The position numbers and the translations under genes are program-made. Source: a virus (lineage: Duplodnaviria > Caudoviricetes). Taken from it: a stretch of 51,501 bases of DNA. The notes under the pieces were generated by a model. That model was not told the DNA's origin. It ran no database searches and saw nothing but the letters and a program-made list of their open reading frames with translations. The DNA lies in IMG/VR virus record IMGVR_UViG_3300029258_001885, positions 1 to 51,501 of that record; one strand, written 5' to 3'. The stretch's first letter is position 1, and each line of letters opens with the position of its first letter. Positions 36,679-44,525 of this stretch are shown here, in pieces.

Positions 36679-37002
36679 TCAGTGCTCCTGATGGTCCTGC
36701 TGCTCCCTGTTGGATATGTCCACCACCCTGTCAGGCTTGTCTGATGCCCTCAGGACGCCCACCTTGATATCATGGGGGACAAACCAGCAGGTCACGTCCT
36801 TTATGCCCCTGCTTGCCAGTATCTGGTCCAGCATCTCCCTGAGCCTTGCAAAGCGTTTAAACTTGAGCTTGTACTCCGGCTGTACAATGAGGATGTCGCC
36901 CGGCTGTACGTCCAGCACCCCAAGGGTCTTTAGTGTGACCATCTCCTCCTGGTCCTCTGTCTGCACCTCATCAGTACGGTCTGCACCTTGTGTAGTCTCC
37001 AA
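36679..37002 (-). CDS. hypothetical protein
   Basis: 107 aa with TTG start after GAGGAGG; LDVQPGDILIV. Confidence 0.6.
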   Translation of the reverse strand: METTQGADRTDEVQTEDQEEMVTLKTLGVLDVQPGDILIVQPEYKLKFKRFARLREMLDQILASRGIKDVTCWFVPHDIKVGVLRASDKPDRVVDISNREQQDHQEH

Positions 37003-37126
37003 TGTTTGCCTCCTCTATGATTTTAGACGCCTTTATGGCAGCCCTCTTGTACCTGAGCCCTGCAAGGCCCACGATGACGTCTGCAAGCAGGGTGACTAGT
37101 ATGGCCCATTTAAAAATGGGGCCCAT
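36971..37126 (-). CDS. small membrane protein (not in ORF track)
   Basis: 51 aa MGPIFKWAILVTLLADVIVGLAGLRYKR...; fills a gap in the operon. Confidence 0.45.
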   Translation of the reverse strand: MGPIFKWAILVTLLADVIVGLAGLRYKRAAIKASKIIEEANIGDYTRCRPY

Positions 37127-37220
37127 ATCCACCTATATGCCAAAAAGCACTCCATGCCTGACCGTAATTGTACTCAGGGTCATGGTCCCAGCATATCTCA
37201 TTGGCTGTGATGTACTCCAT
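37110..37220 (-). CDS. 36-aa mini-protein (not in ORF track)
   Basis: GGAGG RBS; MEYITANEICWDHDPEYNYGQAWSAFWHIGGYGPHF. Confidence 0.5.
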   Translation of the reverse strand: MEYITANEICWDHDPEYNYGQAWSAFWHIGGYGPHF

Positions 37221-37374
37221 TACCCGCCTCCAGTTGTCTTGCAAAAACAGCAACAGCCTCACCAAACTTCACAAATGGCTGGGTCAGGTTGTGCATCAAA
37301 AGAGCCCACCTGTGCCATAAAAGAGCGCCCCTGTCATAGTCCATACATATCTCGTCCACGGTCACATATTCCAT
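37198..37374 (-). CDS. 58-aa mini-protein (not in ORF track)
   Basis: AGGAG RBS; MEYVTVDEICMDYDRGALLWHRW... Confidence 0.5.
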   Translation of the reverse strand: MEYVTVDEICMDYDRGALLWHRWALLMHNLTQPFVKFGEAVAVFARQLEAGNGVHHSQ

Positions 37375-37383
37375 TGGGCTCTC

Positions 37384-38052
37384 CTATGATATCTGTCTTG
37401 GCTTGACTGTCTTGAATTTCCCACTCGAAGAAATTTGCACCTCGAAAGTGGGCACGCCATCGTCCTCAGGCTTGTCAGTGGGCACCTCATCCTTGACCGG
37501 TGGCTCCACCCCAATATTCTCGGTACTCATGCCCAGTGCCAGCCTCTGTATCCTCTGGATGCTCTCAAGGGCCTTGGCCAGCATCCTTATCTGGGTTGGG
37601 CTCAGTTTGGACCCAAGCCTCTGCTCTCCGCTCTCACTGTCCACAATCATGTAACTTGAGTTGTTGAGGATGAGGGCCACATGATCCCTCAGGACGTTGG
37701 CCGTGTCATAGTCCTTTTTGGCCTGGGCCCTCCTCCACTGCTGCACCATCTGCCACAGGTCAGCCTTTTGGTCTGACGGTTTGGGCCTGTCCACCATCGT
37801 CTGGCCTGACATGTTTGCATGGGCCTGCCTGACCTGTGCCGTCCACTGCTGGGTCTGCTTTTTGACATGCTGGGCTGTTGGATCCAGCCCCCTCTCCCTC
37901 AAAAACACAGCCCTCGGCTGGTCTGACTTCAGCCATTCTGCAAAGAGCACGTCGAAATTTATGCCCGGTCTGCCACCCGAGTACCTCTTGTACTTGTCCG
38001 CCAAGGTACCGTTAATCCTGGGTTTTCTTTTTGCCTTGCGTTTGGTTGCCAT
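37384..38052 (-). CDS. probable terminase small subunit
   Basis: First gene of the late block; HTH-like N-terminus, helical middle, IQRLALG.STE motif. Confidence 0.55.
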   Translation of the reverse strand: MATKRKAKRKPRINGTLADKYKRYSGGRPGINFDVLFAEWLKSDQPRAVFLRERGLDPTAQHVKKQTQQWTAQVRQAHANMSGQTMVDRPKPSDQKADLWQMVQQWRRAQAKKDYDTANVLRDHVALILNNSSYMIVDSESGEQRLGSKLSPTQIRMLAKALESIQRIQRLALGMSTENIGVEPPVKDEVPTDKPEDDGVPTFEVQISSSGKFKTVKPRQIS

Positions 38053-38091
38053 AATACCCTGATTGTACTACATTTTTAGGCAATCTGCCCT

Positions 38092-38107
38092 TTGTGTTAT
38101 ACAATAC
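38092..38107. promoter_or_regulatory. operator-like motif, copy 1
   Basis: TTGTGTTATACAATAC, 15/16 identical to the copy at 50118-50133; intergenic before terS. Confidence 0.45.
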
Positions 38108-38136
38108 CCATTTTTTGCAAATACAACCATGTGTAA

Positions 38137-38733
38137 TTAAAGCCTTAATTTAGCCTCAGCCTGAGCATAGTCTATGCTGGATTTTTGCACCCCAAAGAAT
38201 TCCCTGAGTCTTGTCATCTCGGAGCCTGACTGGCACCTAACGAAAAACGTATACGATGGGCTCTTAAGGTATGGCTCTGTCTCCTCTGTGGTGTGGGTGT
38301 CAAGGTGTATATGGGTCTGCAGGGTGTCATGGTCGTACCCAAGCAGCTCAAGGTTTACATCCAGTTTTTGCAACTCTACAAGCTCCTGGGAGAGGACCTT
38401 TGGATCCGTCTCGGCGTTTCGGGCTATCTGGTTGTCTGCAAGGATGTAGGCCCTCAGCTGCCCGGCCGTGAGGTTGTCAAGGGTCATGCAGGGGACCTCC
38501 TCCAGACCTATCTCATGGGCTGCCAGTACCCTGCCGTGTCCGGCAATGATTGTCCCTTCGGTGTCTATCAGTACCGGGTTGGTAAAGCCAAACTCCTGTA
38601 TTGAGTTGACAATCTGTCTTATCTGCCACTGGGGGTGTACGTTGGCGTTGTGGGCGTATGGCATCAGCTCATGGACTGATACGGGTTTTACCCTTGCCTT
38701 TTTGATGTTTTGGGCGATTGTCCTTGGGTCCAT
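38137..38733 (-). CDS. ParB/Srx-like nuclease-domain protein
   Basis: L.PY..NA..H...QI..I..SI.EFGFTNPVLID....IIAGHGR..AA...LADN. Confidence 0.88.
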   Translation of the reverse strand: MDPRTIAQNIKKARVKPVSVHELMPYAHNANVHPQWQIRQIVNSIQEFGFTNPVLIDTEGTIIAGHGRVLAAHEIGLEEVPCMTLDNLTAGQLRAYILADNQIARNAETDPKVLSQELVELQKLDVNLELLGYDHDTLQTHIHLDTHTTEETEPYLKSPSYTFFVRCQSGSEMTRLREFFGVQKSSIDYAQAEAKLRL

Positions 38734-38740
38734 TGTGTCC

Positions 38741-38965
38741 TCACTTCAGCAAGCTGGTTTTTGGGTTGATCCTGCTCTTGAGCCTCTCGACGTCCAGATG
38801 CAGCCTGAGTATGTCCGTGATTTTGTCCGCACAGTTGCACGCAGCGTTTACGGTCTCCGGCGTGCAGTCCTTGCTTGTAACCTTCTGCATCAGCCCCTCA
38901 AGGGTTGTGACCACCCTTCTGGTGTCAAACTGTCCGGCTCTTGCCGGGGTGTTGTTGCCTGCCAT
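38741..38965 (-). CDS. small helical hypothetical protein
   Basis: 74 aa, GGAGG RBS. Confidence 0.6.
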   Translation of the reverse strand: MAGNNTPARAGQFDTRRVVTTLEGLMQKVTSKDCTPETVNAACNCADKITDILRLHLDVERLKSRINPKTSLLK

Positions 38966-38966
38966 T

Positions 38967-39734
38967 TCAAACCTCCAGTATTCTTTCTATTTTTTCGAGT
39001 GTGGCATCCATTGACCTGGTGCCGTGTATCCATTTTTGAAACCTTGACAATGCCCCAAGGGCCAGTACCAGATGATCAGGTACGTTGGATTGTCTGGCCC
39101 ACGGATAAAGACAGACCCATGGGACGATCCTGTAACAAAAGTCGCCGTTGCGCATGCCACCTGTTGGCCCGGCTTTGGTCTTCATGCCCTCCACGGGATA
39201 TCCCAGCAGTATTTCTGCAAGCCTCTGTGGCAGTCCGTTTACGTACCTGCTCTTGATGTCCAGCCTGCTTGTCATCTCCTTGACCGAGTGCATGGTGCCG
39301 CGGTTCAGCTTTTTTGCGATCCATTCCCTTGGCTTCAGGCCGGCGTGCCTGAGAAGAAAAAGCGTCTCGTCCAGAGACCAGCTGTCATTGCGGCGTGTGT
39401 CCTTTCTCAAGTGGTCGTATTTGGGGTCTCGGTACGATACTGTCTGAATGGACCTAAGCTCGGACCTTGTCAACCCAAACCTCTCCATTGTCTCCTCAAA
39501 GGTGTGCGTCACAAAATATTTCATTGCAGGCATCCTGAGATGCTTGTGCTTGACTATCCTCTGCTTGCGGTAACAGGTGTTTTTCAGACCCAGCCTTGTC
39601 GCCTCGCATGCGACCTGGTTTCGGCCCAGACCCATGATTTTGGCAATCTCCGGGTTTGTGTGGTCTCCTGACTCCACAAGGACTGTGAGCAACAGCCTTT
39701 CACTGTCGGTCCATTTTTTATGTTTTCTTCTCAA
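38967..39734 (-). CDS. multi-HTH DNA-binding protein
   Basis: KKWTDSE..LL...EIAKIMG....V...A.RLGL and WS..E..FL...IAKKLNR repeats. Confidence 0.65.
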   Translation of the reverse strand: MRRKHKKWTDSERLLLTVLVESGDHTNPEIAKIMGLGRNQVACEATRLGLKNTCYRKQRIVKHKHLRMPAMKYFVTHTFEETMERFGLTRSELRSIQTVSYRDPKYDHLRKDTRRNDSWSLDETLFLLRHAGLKPREWIAKKLNRGTMHSVKEMTSRLDIKSRYVNGLPQRLAEILLGYPVEGMKTKAGPTGGMRNGDFCYRIVPWVCLYPWARQSNVPDHLVLALGALSRFQKWIHGTRSMDATLEKIERILEV

Positions 39735-40306
39735 AAAACCACCCAGTCCACGTCAAGGATTGAGAATTCCCTGTCATAATGATATCTGTCCCATGCCTCA
39801 TCCATGACCATCGCGTCACGTATTTCCTTTTTCATGTCCCTTTTCAATTGTGAGATACGGGTTTCGGTAAATCCAGTGTACTGAGCCACTTCGGCCTGCG
39901 TGGCCTCGTTGATGATTTGCTGGAGGATTTCCTCATGGATGCCTTTTCCAAATCGGACACGAGCTGTCCAGTCCGGTAGTTCTGGTTCCAGACCAGCTCG
40001 GTCAGGTGCGACAGGTTCATGCTCAATGACTCCACCATCGCCATGTCCGGCACCTGATCCTCCGAGAGCCACTGGGCGATGTCTTGAGCCTGACTTGAGG
40101 CGACCGACAGGAGTCCTTGTATTTCCATAGAATTCCCGTAGAAAATCGACAAATAGAAGTCTAAGAGAGAAAGTTCCTCTTATGACATGTCCGATATACG
40201 CTTCATGTGCGAAGTCTTCAGCGTCTTGTCCATACCCCTTGTAGATTGCATATCTTTTTGCCTTATCAAGAAATTTTTTGAGATCATCGCCGTCAAGAGC
40301 ATTCAT
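39731..40306 (-). CDS. RNA polymerase sigma-factor-like protein
   Basis: Region-2-like DAEDFAHEAYI...FVDFLRE and region-4 HTH TQAEVAQYTGFTETRISQL. Confidence 0.7.
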   Translation of the reverse strand: MNALDGDDLKKFLDKAKRYAIYKGYGQDAEDFAHEAYIGHVIRGTFSLRLLFVDFLREFYGNTRTPVGRLKSGSRHRPVALGGSGAGHGDGGVIEHEPVAPDRAGLEPELPDWTARVRFGKGIHEEILQQIINEATQAEVAQYTGFTETRISQLKRDMKKEIRDAMVMDEAWDRYHYDREFSILDVDWVVF

Positions 40307-40515
40307 TACATGCTCCTCACACGCTCCCAGCGTTTTTGGTGTTTTACAAATGACAGTCCGTGCATGTCTGCCAGCCTCATCAGTCCCTTGTCATCTTGAG
40401 ACCTCTCAAGATAAAGCAGGTAATAGTACATCCACAGCTCAAACTGTATGCCCATGGCTTTGTACAGCCTTTTGACGAGTCTCCTTTTACGTATCCAGCC
40501 CCTGATACACCTCAT
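40306..40515 (-). CDS. small helical protein, paralog 3 of tandem triplet
   Basis: AAGGAGG upstream of ATG 40515; RLVKRL...W...Y...RWERV. Confidence 0.6.
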   Translation of the reverse strand: MRCIRGWIRKRRLVKRLYKAMGIQFELWMYYYLLYLERSQDDKGLMRLADMHGLSFVKHQKRWERVRSM

Positions 40516-40715
40516 AAGGCTCTGACCCTCCTTAGCCTGTCCCCAAGGTTTATACATCTTTGGGCATGCCACAGGGCTGTCTCACGGACCTTGTCACTCC
40601 TGTCCTCCATGGTGATGTACCTGTTGGCCAGTGTGACCCAAAGCTTTTTGTGGGCCCCTTGGAGTGTCTCAAGCCTTTTGACCAGTCTCTTTTTGTGTCT
40701 GCACTTGTATCTCAC
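40512..40715 (-). CDS. small helical protein, paralog 2 of tandem triplet
   Basis: RLVKRL...W...Y...RLRRV. Confidence 0.6.
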   Translation of the reverse strand: MRYKCRHKKRLVKRLETLQGAHKKLWVTLANRYITMEDRSDKVRETALWHAQRCINLGDRLRRVRAL

Positions 40716-40969
40716 CTCATTGCCTCCACCCTTTTGATGCGCTTGTCCAGATTGTCCACCCTGTCACGATACCTGCAAAAGTCATCCAAAGCCTGCTGGT
40801 CCTTAAACCCTGAGTCTGTATACCTTTTATTGCACTCTCTCCAGCGTCTGGCTGACATGTTGAGCTGATACCTCAGTGCTCTCAGTATCCTCTGCTTTTT
40901 GTCAAACAACCCCACACACACCTCCAGACAGGTTTTGTTATACATTACCCTTTTTTTAATCTCAGTCAA
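40712..40969 (-). CDS. small helical protein, paralog 1 of tandem triplet
   Basis: RILRAL...W...Y...RIKRV; true start may be the internal GTG after GGAGG. Confidence 0.55.
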   Translation of the reverse strand: MTEIKKRVMYNKTCLEVCVGLFDKKQRILRALRYQLNMSARRWRECNKRYTDSGFKDQQALDDFCRYRDRVDNLDKRIKRVEAMR

Positions 40970-41275
40970 TCAGTTTGGTATGGGTGTGGCGGTTTTGATG
41001 TACTTGTCCAGTTGGCCTGGCTGGGCAAAGGCGGGAGGGGCAACCCTCCATTCGGACATGTGGCAGCCCAGTGATTCAAACCACGCCCTCAGGTCCTCCA
41101 TTACCCTCCTGTCTCCTGTGAGCGTGTAGTTGGGCACCATATAGTAGATACCGTCAGCTGTAGACTCATATATCTGGTTGGTTGTGTCGTAAACGAGATA
41201 AAGACGGGTAAGTGCAGCCTCATCCATGTAAATGGGCTTTACTACGTATTTGTGTTTGAAACCTTGCTCAACCAT
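40970..41275 (-). CDS. hypothetical protein
   Basis: 101-aa ORF in a packed operon. Confidence 0.55.
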   Translation of the reverse strand: MVEQGFKHKYVVKPIYMDEAALTRLYLVYDTTNQIYESTADGIYYMVPNYTLTGDRRVMEDLRAWFESLGCHMSEWRVAPPAFAQPGQLDKYIKTATPIPN

Positions 41276-41490
41276 GATGTCATACTGTTTTGTTTAACAA
41301 TCAATGACTTGATCATGGAGTAGTATAGCAAACTAAAGCCAAGACATGCCAACCAATACCATCCACTGTGTCCATTAAAGAATATTGCCCATCCAAAGAT
41401 GGTATATAGACATACCTGTCCCAGCATGTTTGCAAGTAGTCCCACGGTCTCCCTCCTAAAGTATTCTGCTGTCGTGCCGAGTAATATCAC
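41242..41490 (-). CDS. small membrane protein
   Basis: Two hydrophobic helices. Confidence 0.5.
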   Translation of the reverse strand: MILLGTTAEYFRRETVGLLANMLGQVCLYTIFGWAIFFNGHSGWYWLACLGFSLLYYSMIKSLIVKQNSMTSWLSKVSNTNT

Positions 41491-41510
41491 AGACTCATTT
41501 AACTCCTCTT

Positions 41511-41720
41511 TTATGTCCTGCCTGCATGCCCTTTATTGTGGGCAGGATACGTCCCATCATCCCTTGCCATCAGCCTTCTCAGACAATTTCGACATGTAAC
41601 CTTTTTGCGTATGTTTGTGGCAGGTTTTGTAACAGGCCTGTAGGGCATGCAGAGTATCTGTGCCGTGCCCATCGGATACTCAAGGTAATGTATTGGTTTG
41701 TGTTTTTTTGTTTTATTCAC
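41511..41720 (-). CDS. small zinc-binding protein
   Basis: IH...LC...VTCRNC. Confidence 0.55.
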   Translation of the reverse strand: MNKTKKHKPIHYLEYPMGTAQILCMPYRPVTKPATNIRKKVTCRNCLRRLMARDDGTYPAHNKGHAGRT

Positions 41721-41755
41721 TGCTCCTGCTCCCGCTCCTGCTCCTTAAATATCCC

Positions 41756-42097
41756 TCATTTGTTATTTTTGCCCTCCACCGTTGTCCCGCACACTGTACA
41801 TACCCATGTATTGGTATCCTCCTGATAAACGGTGTATTTTTTGGCACATCTGCACGGCATGTCTACGGGAGGGCTTCCCGCTCTTGGCTTGTATCTTTTT
41901 CTTGTTGGATCCTCGATGTAACCCTTGAGAGTCCTTCTTAAACTCATCTTGTCTCTAGGAGACAGCCTCTCCCACGTCTTCGCGAAAACCTTTTCAAAAC
42001 GCATGACTGCCTCATTGTATCCATTGACATATGAGGCTCTTGGATCATGTGAAAGCACTGCAGGTATGATTAATTGAGGTGCCTTTAGTCTGGGCAT
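41756..42097 (-). CDS. hypothetical protein with C-terminal zinc ribbon
   Basis: AAGGAGG RBS; CRC...CTVC. Confidence 0.6.
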   Translation of the reverse strand: MPRLKAPQLIIPAVLSHDPRASYVNGYNEAVMRFEKVFAKTWERLSPRDKMSLRRTLKGYIEDPTRKRYKPRAGSPPVDMPCRCAKKYTVYQEDTNTWVCTVCGTTVEGKNNK

Positions 42098-42098
42098 G

Positions 42099-42437
42099 TC
42101 AGTCCTCCTTGTCCAGTTTGTGGGCGATGTCCTCAAGTGCCCTGATTGCCTCCCTGACCATTCCCCTGCCAGTGATGTAGCCCAGCAGACACCTGCCTAT
42201 GTCTTCATGTGGTTCATAGCCCTGCTCCTGCCAATACGCCTTCTCGCCCATGTGATGGAGTTTGTGGTGCTCATCTGTTGATAGCGGCAGTGTCCAATAG
42301 TCGCTTGGCTTCTGGCCCATGCCGGCACCAGCCCCCATACGTACATGGTGGGCAATACTGCTGCCCCAACCCTTGATGAGACAGTTTCTCTGCCGTATCC
42401 ACTCAAGGTATTTTTTGCTTCTGTAGGGCTTGGCCAT
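42099..42437 (-). CDS. DUF968/Ref-like HNH-type protein
   Basis: YRSKKYL.WIR...C...AHH...GMGQKPSD...PL...H...H. Confidence 0.7.
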   Translation of the reverse strand: MAKPYRSKKYLEWIRQRNCLIKGWGSSIAHHVRMGAGAGMGQKPSDYWTLPLSTDEHHKLHHMGEKAYWQEQGYEPHEDIGRCLLGYITGRGMVREAIRALEDIAHKLDKED

Positions 42438-42477
42438 TTTGTAATCAATCTCCAATCAAGTCATGTCAGTTTATATG

Positions 42478-42493
42478 GTATTGTTTAACAATA
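42478..42493. promoter_or_regulatory. operator-like motif, copy 2, in the spacer of a candidate leftward promoter
   Basis: GTATTGTTTAACAATA, directly next to TTGACC on the minus strand. Confidence 0.5.
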
Positions 42494-42679
42494 GGTCAAG
42501 CAGGATGTTTTAAAGGACTGGTTTTATTGTCATTCTTTTCCAGCCTCCTCAGATGTTTCACGTGCAACAGGCCTGCCGTGTATTGACAGGCTCACTGTCA
42601 CGTCAAGGTTGCACACCTCCAGCTGTCTCTGGGTCCAAAATACAGTTTTAGAGCCTCTGAAGGCTTTTAAACAGCCCTG

Positions 42680-42985
42680 TCAGCACCCTCCCTGCATTTT
42701 ACCCAGCCAGTCTGAGTCTGCCTCATACAGCTCCAGCTCATCAACATCATGCCAGAAGTCCTGGTCCACAATCCTGACAATCCTGCCCTCATCCACAAGG
42801 CAGGTGTAGTAGTTGGTCACAGCCCATTTAAACATGTTGCCCTTTTTGTAGGATATGCCCATGGCATGGCACCTGTCCTCCACCTCAGTCATGCCCTCTG
42901 GCTCAACAGACAACACCGTGATGCTGTCATACCCAAGCAGACCCTCCTCCTTGCTGTCCTTTTTTAGTCTCAGTTTAAATAGCAT
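42680..42985 (-). CDS. hypothetical protein
   Basis: AGGAGG RBS before ATG 42985; 101 aa. Confidence 0.6.
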   Translation of the reverse strand: MLFKLRLKKDSKEEGLLGYDSITVLSVEPEGMTEVEDRCHAMGISYKKGNMFKWAVTNYYTCLVDEGRIVRIVDQDFWHDVDELELYEADSDWLGKMQGGC

Positions 42986-42986
42986 C

Positions 42987-43202
42987 TCAGTCCTCCTGTT
43001 TGAGTATTGCTTCAAAACCGCACATCAAAGCAAATATCCTTGCAAGCCTCTCGCTCTTTCCGCTGACAAGCTCTTTTTCTGCTATGTCCAAAGCCAGCAG
43101 ATTGAGACCGTCCACAAGATCACGGACATCATCCTGTGACAGTCTGGGTCTGTATTGCCTGACAGGCTTTTTCAAGTTGTCTACACATGATAAAATCATC
43201 AT
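42987..43202 (-). CDS. hypothetical protein
   Basis: AAGGAGG RBS; 71 aa. Confidence 0.6.
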   Translation of the reverse strand: MMILSCVDNLKKPVRQYRPRLSQDDVRDLVDGLNLLALDIAEKELVSGKSERLARIFALMCGFEAILKQED

Positions 43203-43239
43203 GTACCTCCTTTCAGATGAGGGACAGCCCTACCAAGTT

Positions 43240-43271
43240 AATACCCTGGTACAACATACCGGGGTATTTTT
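43240..43271. terminator. intergenic hairpin, possibly a terminator
   Basis: AATACCCTGGTA/TACCGGGGTATT 12-bp stem with one G-T pair, T tract on the plus side. Confidence 0.5.
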
Positions 43272-43410
43272 ATGACCATACGACATAATAACCACTGTTT
43301 TTGGATACATGATATTTGGCCCAGTCTCTTGCCTCCCTGTAGGTTGCAAAAGGACCCACGGTATCCATCGATACTGGAGTAACTACAATTGCCCAAAATG
43401 CAGTGCCCAT
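43270..43410 (-). CDS. 46-aa protein (not in ORF track)
   Basis: AGGAGG RBS; MGTAFWAIVVTP...VGPFATYREARDWA. Confidence 0.55.
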   Translation of the reverse strand: MGTAFWAIVVTPVSMDTVGPFATYREARDWAKYHVSKNSGYYVVWS

Positions 43411-43413
43411 GAC

Positions 43414-43581
43414 TTAATCCTCCTTTGACGGTTTCGTGTTGAGCTGCAAACAACCGTTGTTGTCTGATATCGAAAAAACCCGGTCAACATCAGGCCCCTC
43501 TCCGCAATAGACAATCACTTCGGCATCATCCTCGAATATCTCCATTACCTTTTTTAAAATCCCGACTGTGACAATAGCCAT
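43414..43581 (-). CDS. small hypothetical protein
   Basis: GAGGAG RBS; TVG.LKK.ME.F.DDAEVIV pattern. Confidence 0.6.
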   Translation of the reverse strand: MAIVTVGILKKVMEIFEDDAEVIVYCGEGPDVDRVFSISDNNGCLQLNTKPSKED

Positions 43582-43819
43582 AAAAACTCCTCTGGTGTGG
43601 GTTGCCGCAACATCCCCCAATGAATGCAAAGTCGGTACCAGTTTGGACTACCAATGATTGCAACAGATTGAAGGAGACACAGGTGTCCATGGTTTGTACT
43701 GTAAAAGATGTGTGTTTTAGCGGGTTTAAAGGTGGGTTATTGATATTTTTGGAGGGCCAAACCCAATTACATCAATGGTTTGATGTTGAAGTTTATGACG
43801 GGTGTAAAAACTCTGGACA

Positions 43820-44008
43820 CTATGCGGCCCCCTTTTTAACCGTTTTAAGATAAGAATCCAGCAGACTCCTCACCAGATCAGAAGGTCTCAAACCCAGCGC
43901 TCTTGCCGACTCCTCAAGCCTTGACTTTACCGACAGCGGTACCTTTATGCCTATCAGTTTTGTTGGCTCTTGACCCAGTCTTGGCCGTCCTCCCTTTGGG
44001 TTTGTCAT
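43820..44008 (-). CDS. ribbon-helix-helix (CopG/Arc-like) transcriptional regulator
   Basis: GGRP...IGIKVP...K.RLEE.AR..G..PSDLVR.LL. Confidence 0.8.
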   Translation of the reverse strand: MTNPKGGRPRLGQEPTKLIGIKVPLSVKSRLEESARALGLRPSDLVRSLLDSYLKTVKKGAA

Positions 44009-44312
44009 TTGAAAGATCCCCCTTGCACAGTCTGCTCAAAAAATTGTAGGTCAGCTCATGGACAAGCCTTTGCTGTGTACCCCTGCACTGTCTAAACCTC
44101 ATGTGGTTGAGTGTCCACCAGAAGTTGAAGTTGGCTGGTGTGGGCCTTGCAATCTCACCCAGTCCGGTATTGACAACCTCAAGGCCATGCTCATCAAGCT
44201 TTTTGTACAAAGGCTTGTATTTTTTGTCCTTTAGTCCCCAGCGCTTGAAACTCTCCCTGAGGGCACTGGCCTGCAACTCATGTGTTGGCATCTTTACAGC
44301 TGGTTGTCCCAT
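43914..44312 (-). CDS. hypothetical protein
   Basis: AGGAGGAG RBS; 132 aa. Confidence 0.6.
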   Translation of the reverse strand: MGQPAVKMPTHELQASALRESFKRWGLKDKKYKPLYKKLDEHGLEVVNTGLGEIARPTPANFNFWWTLNHMRFRQCRGTQQRLVHELTYNFLSRLCKGDLSNDKPKGRTAKTGSRANKTDRHKGTAVGKVKA

Positions 44313-44329
44313 AAACTCCTCCTGTTTGG

Positions 44330-44488
44330 TACTCCGGACTGGACCCCAACCTCATCCAGCACCTGTCCCTCACATTTATGGGGACCATGCACCTGCTGTC
44401 CATCAAGGCCAGCGTCCAACCGTCATTGGATGTGCACTATCCAGGTGTCAGCCTGGCCTCCCTGGGTCCTGACATACCCACCGGAGTA
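44330..44488 (-). ncRNA. candidate structured ncRNA or 5' leader
   Basis: Enclosing stem TACTCCGG/CCGGAGTA with at least five internal helices; starts just after a promoter. Confidence 0.45.
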
Positions 44489-44525
44489 TTGTTTAACAAT
44501 CTACATTTTATCTAAGGCGTGTCAA
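44486..44525 (-). promoter_or_regulatory. sigma70-type promoter overlapped by operator-like motif copy 3
   Basis: TTGACA (44525-44520) - 16 nt - TAGATT (44503-44498); GTATTGTTTAACAAT at 44486-44500. Confidence 0.55.

Noticed and set aside
38137-38733. Plasmid-prophage partition system
   Set aside because: Only the ParB/Srx N-terminal domain is present, next to terS, with no ParA or parS array; this is a common packaging-region gene.
41288-41301. Fifth copy of the operator-like motif (TTTTGTTTAACAAT)
   Set aside because: Lies inside a coding region with no adjacent promoter; could be chance in AT-rich sequence.
43602-43853. Plus-strand ORF opposite the RHH operon
   Set aside because: An AAGGAG lies about 12 nt before an internal ATG, but the protein has no motif and runs against the operon; unsupported.
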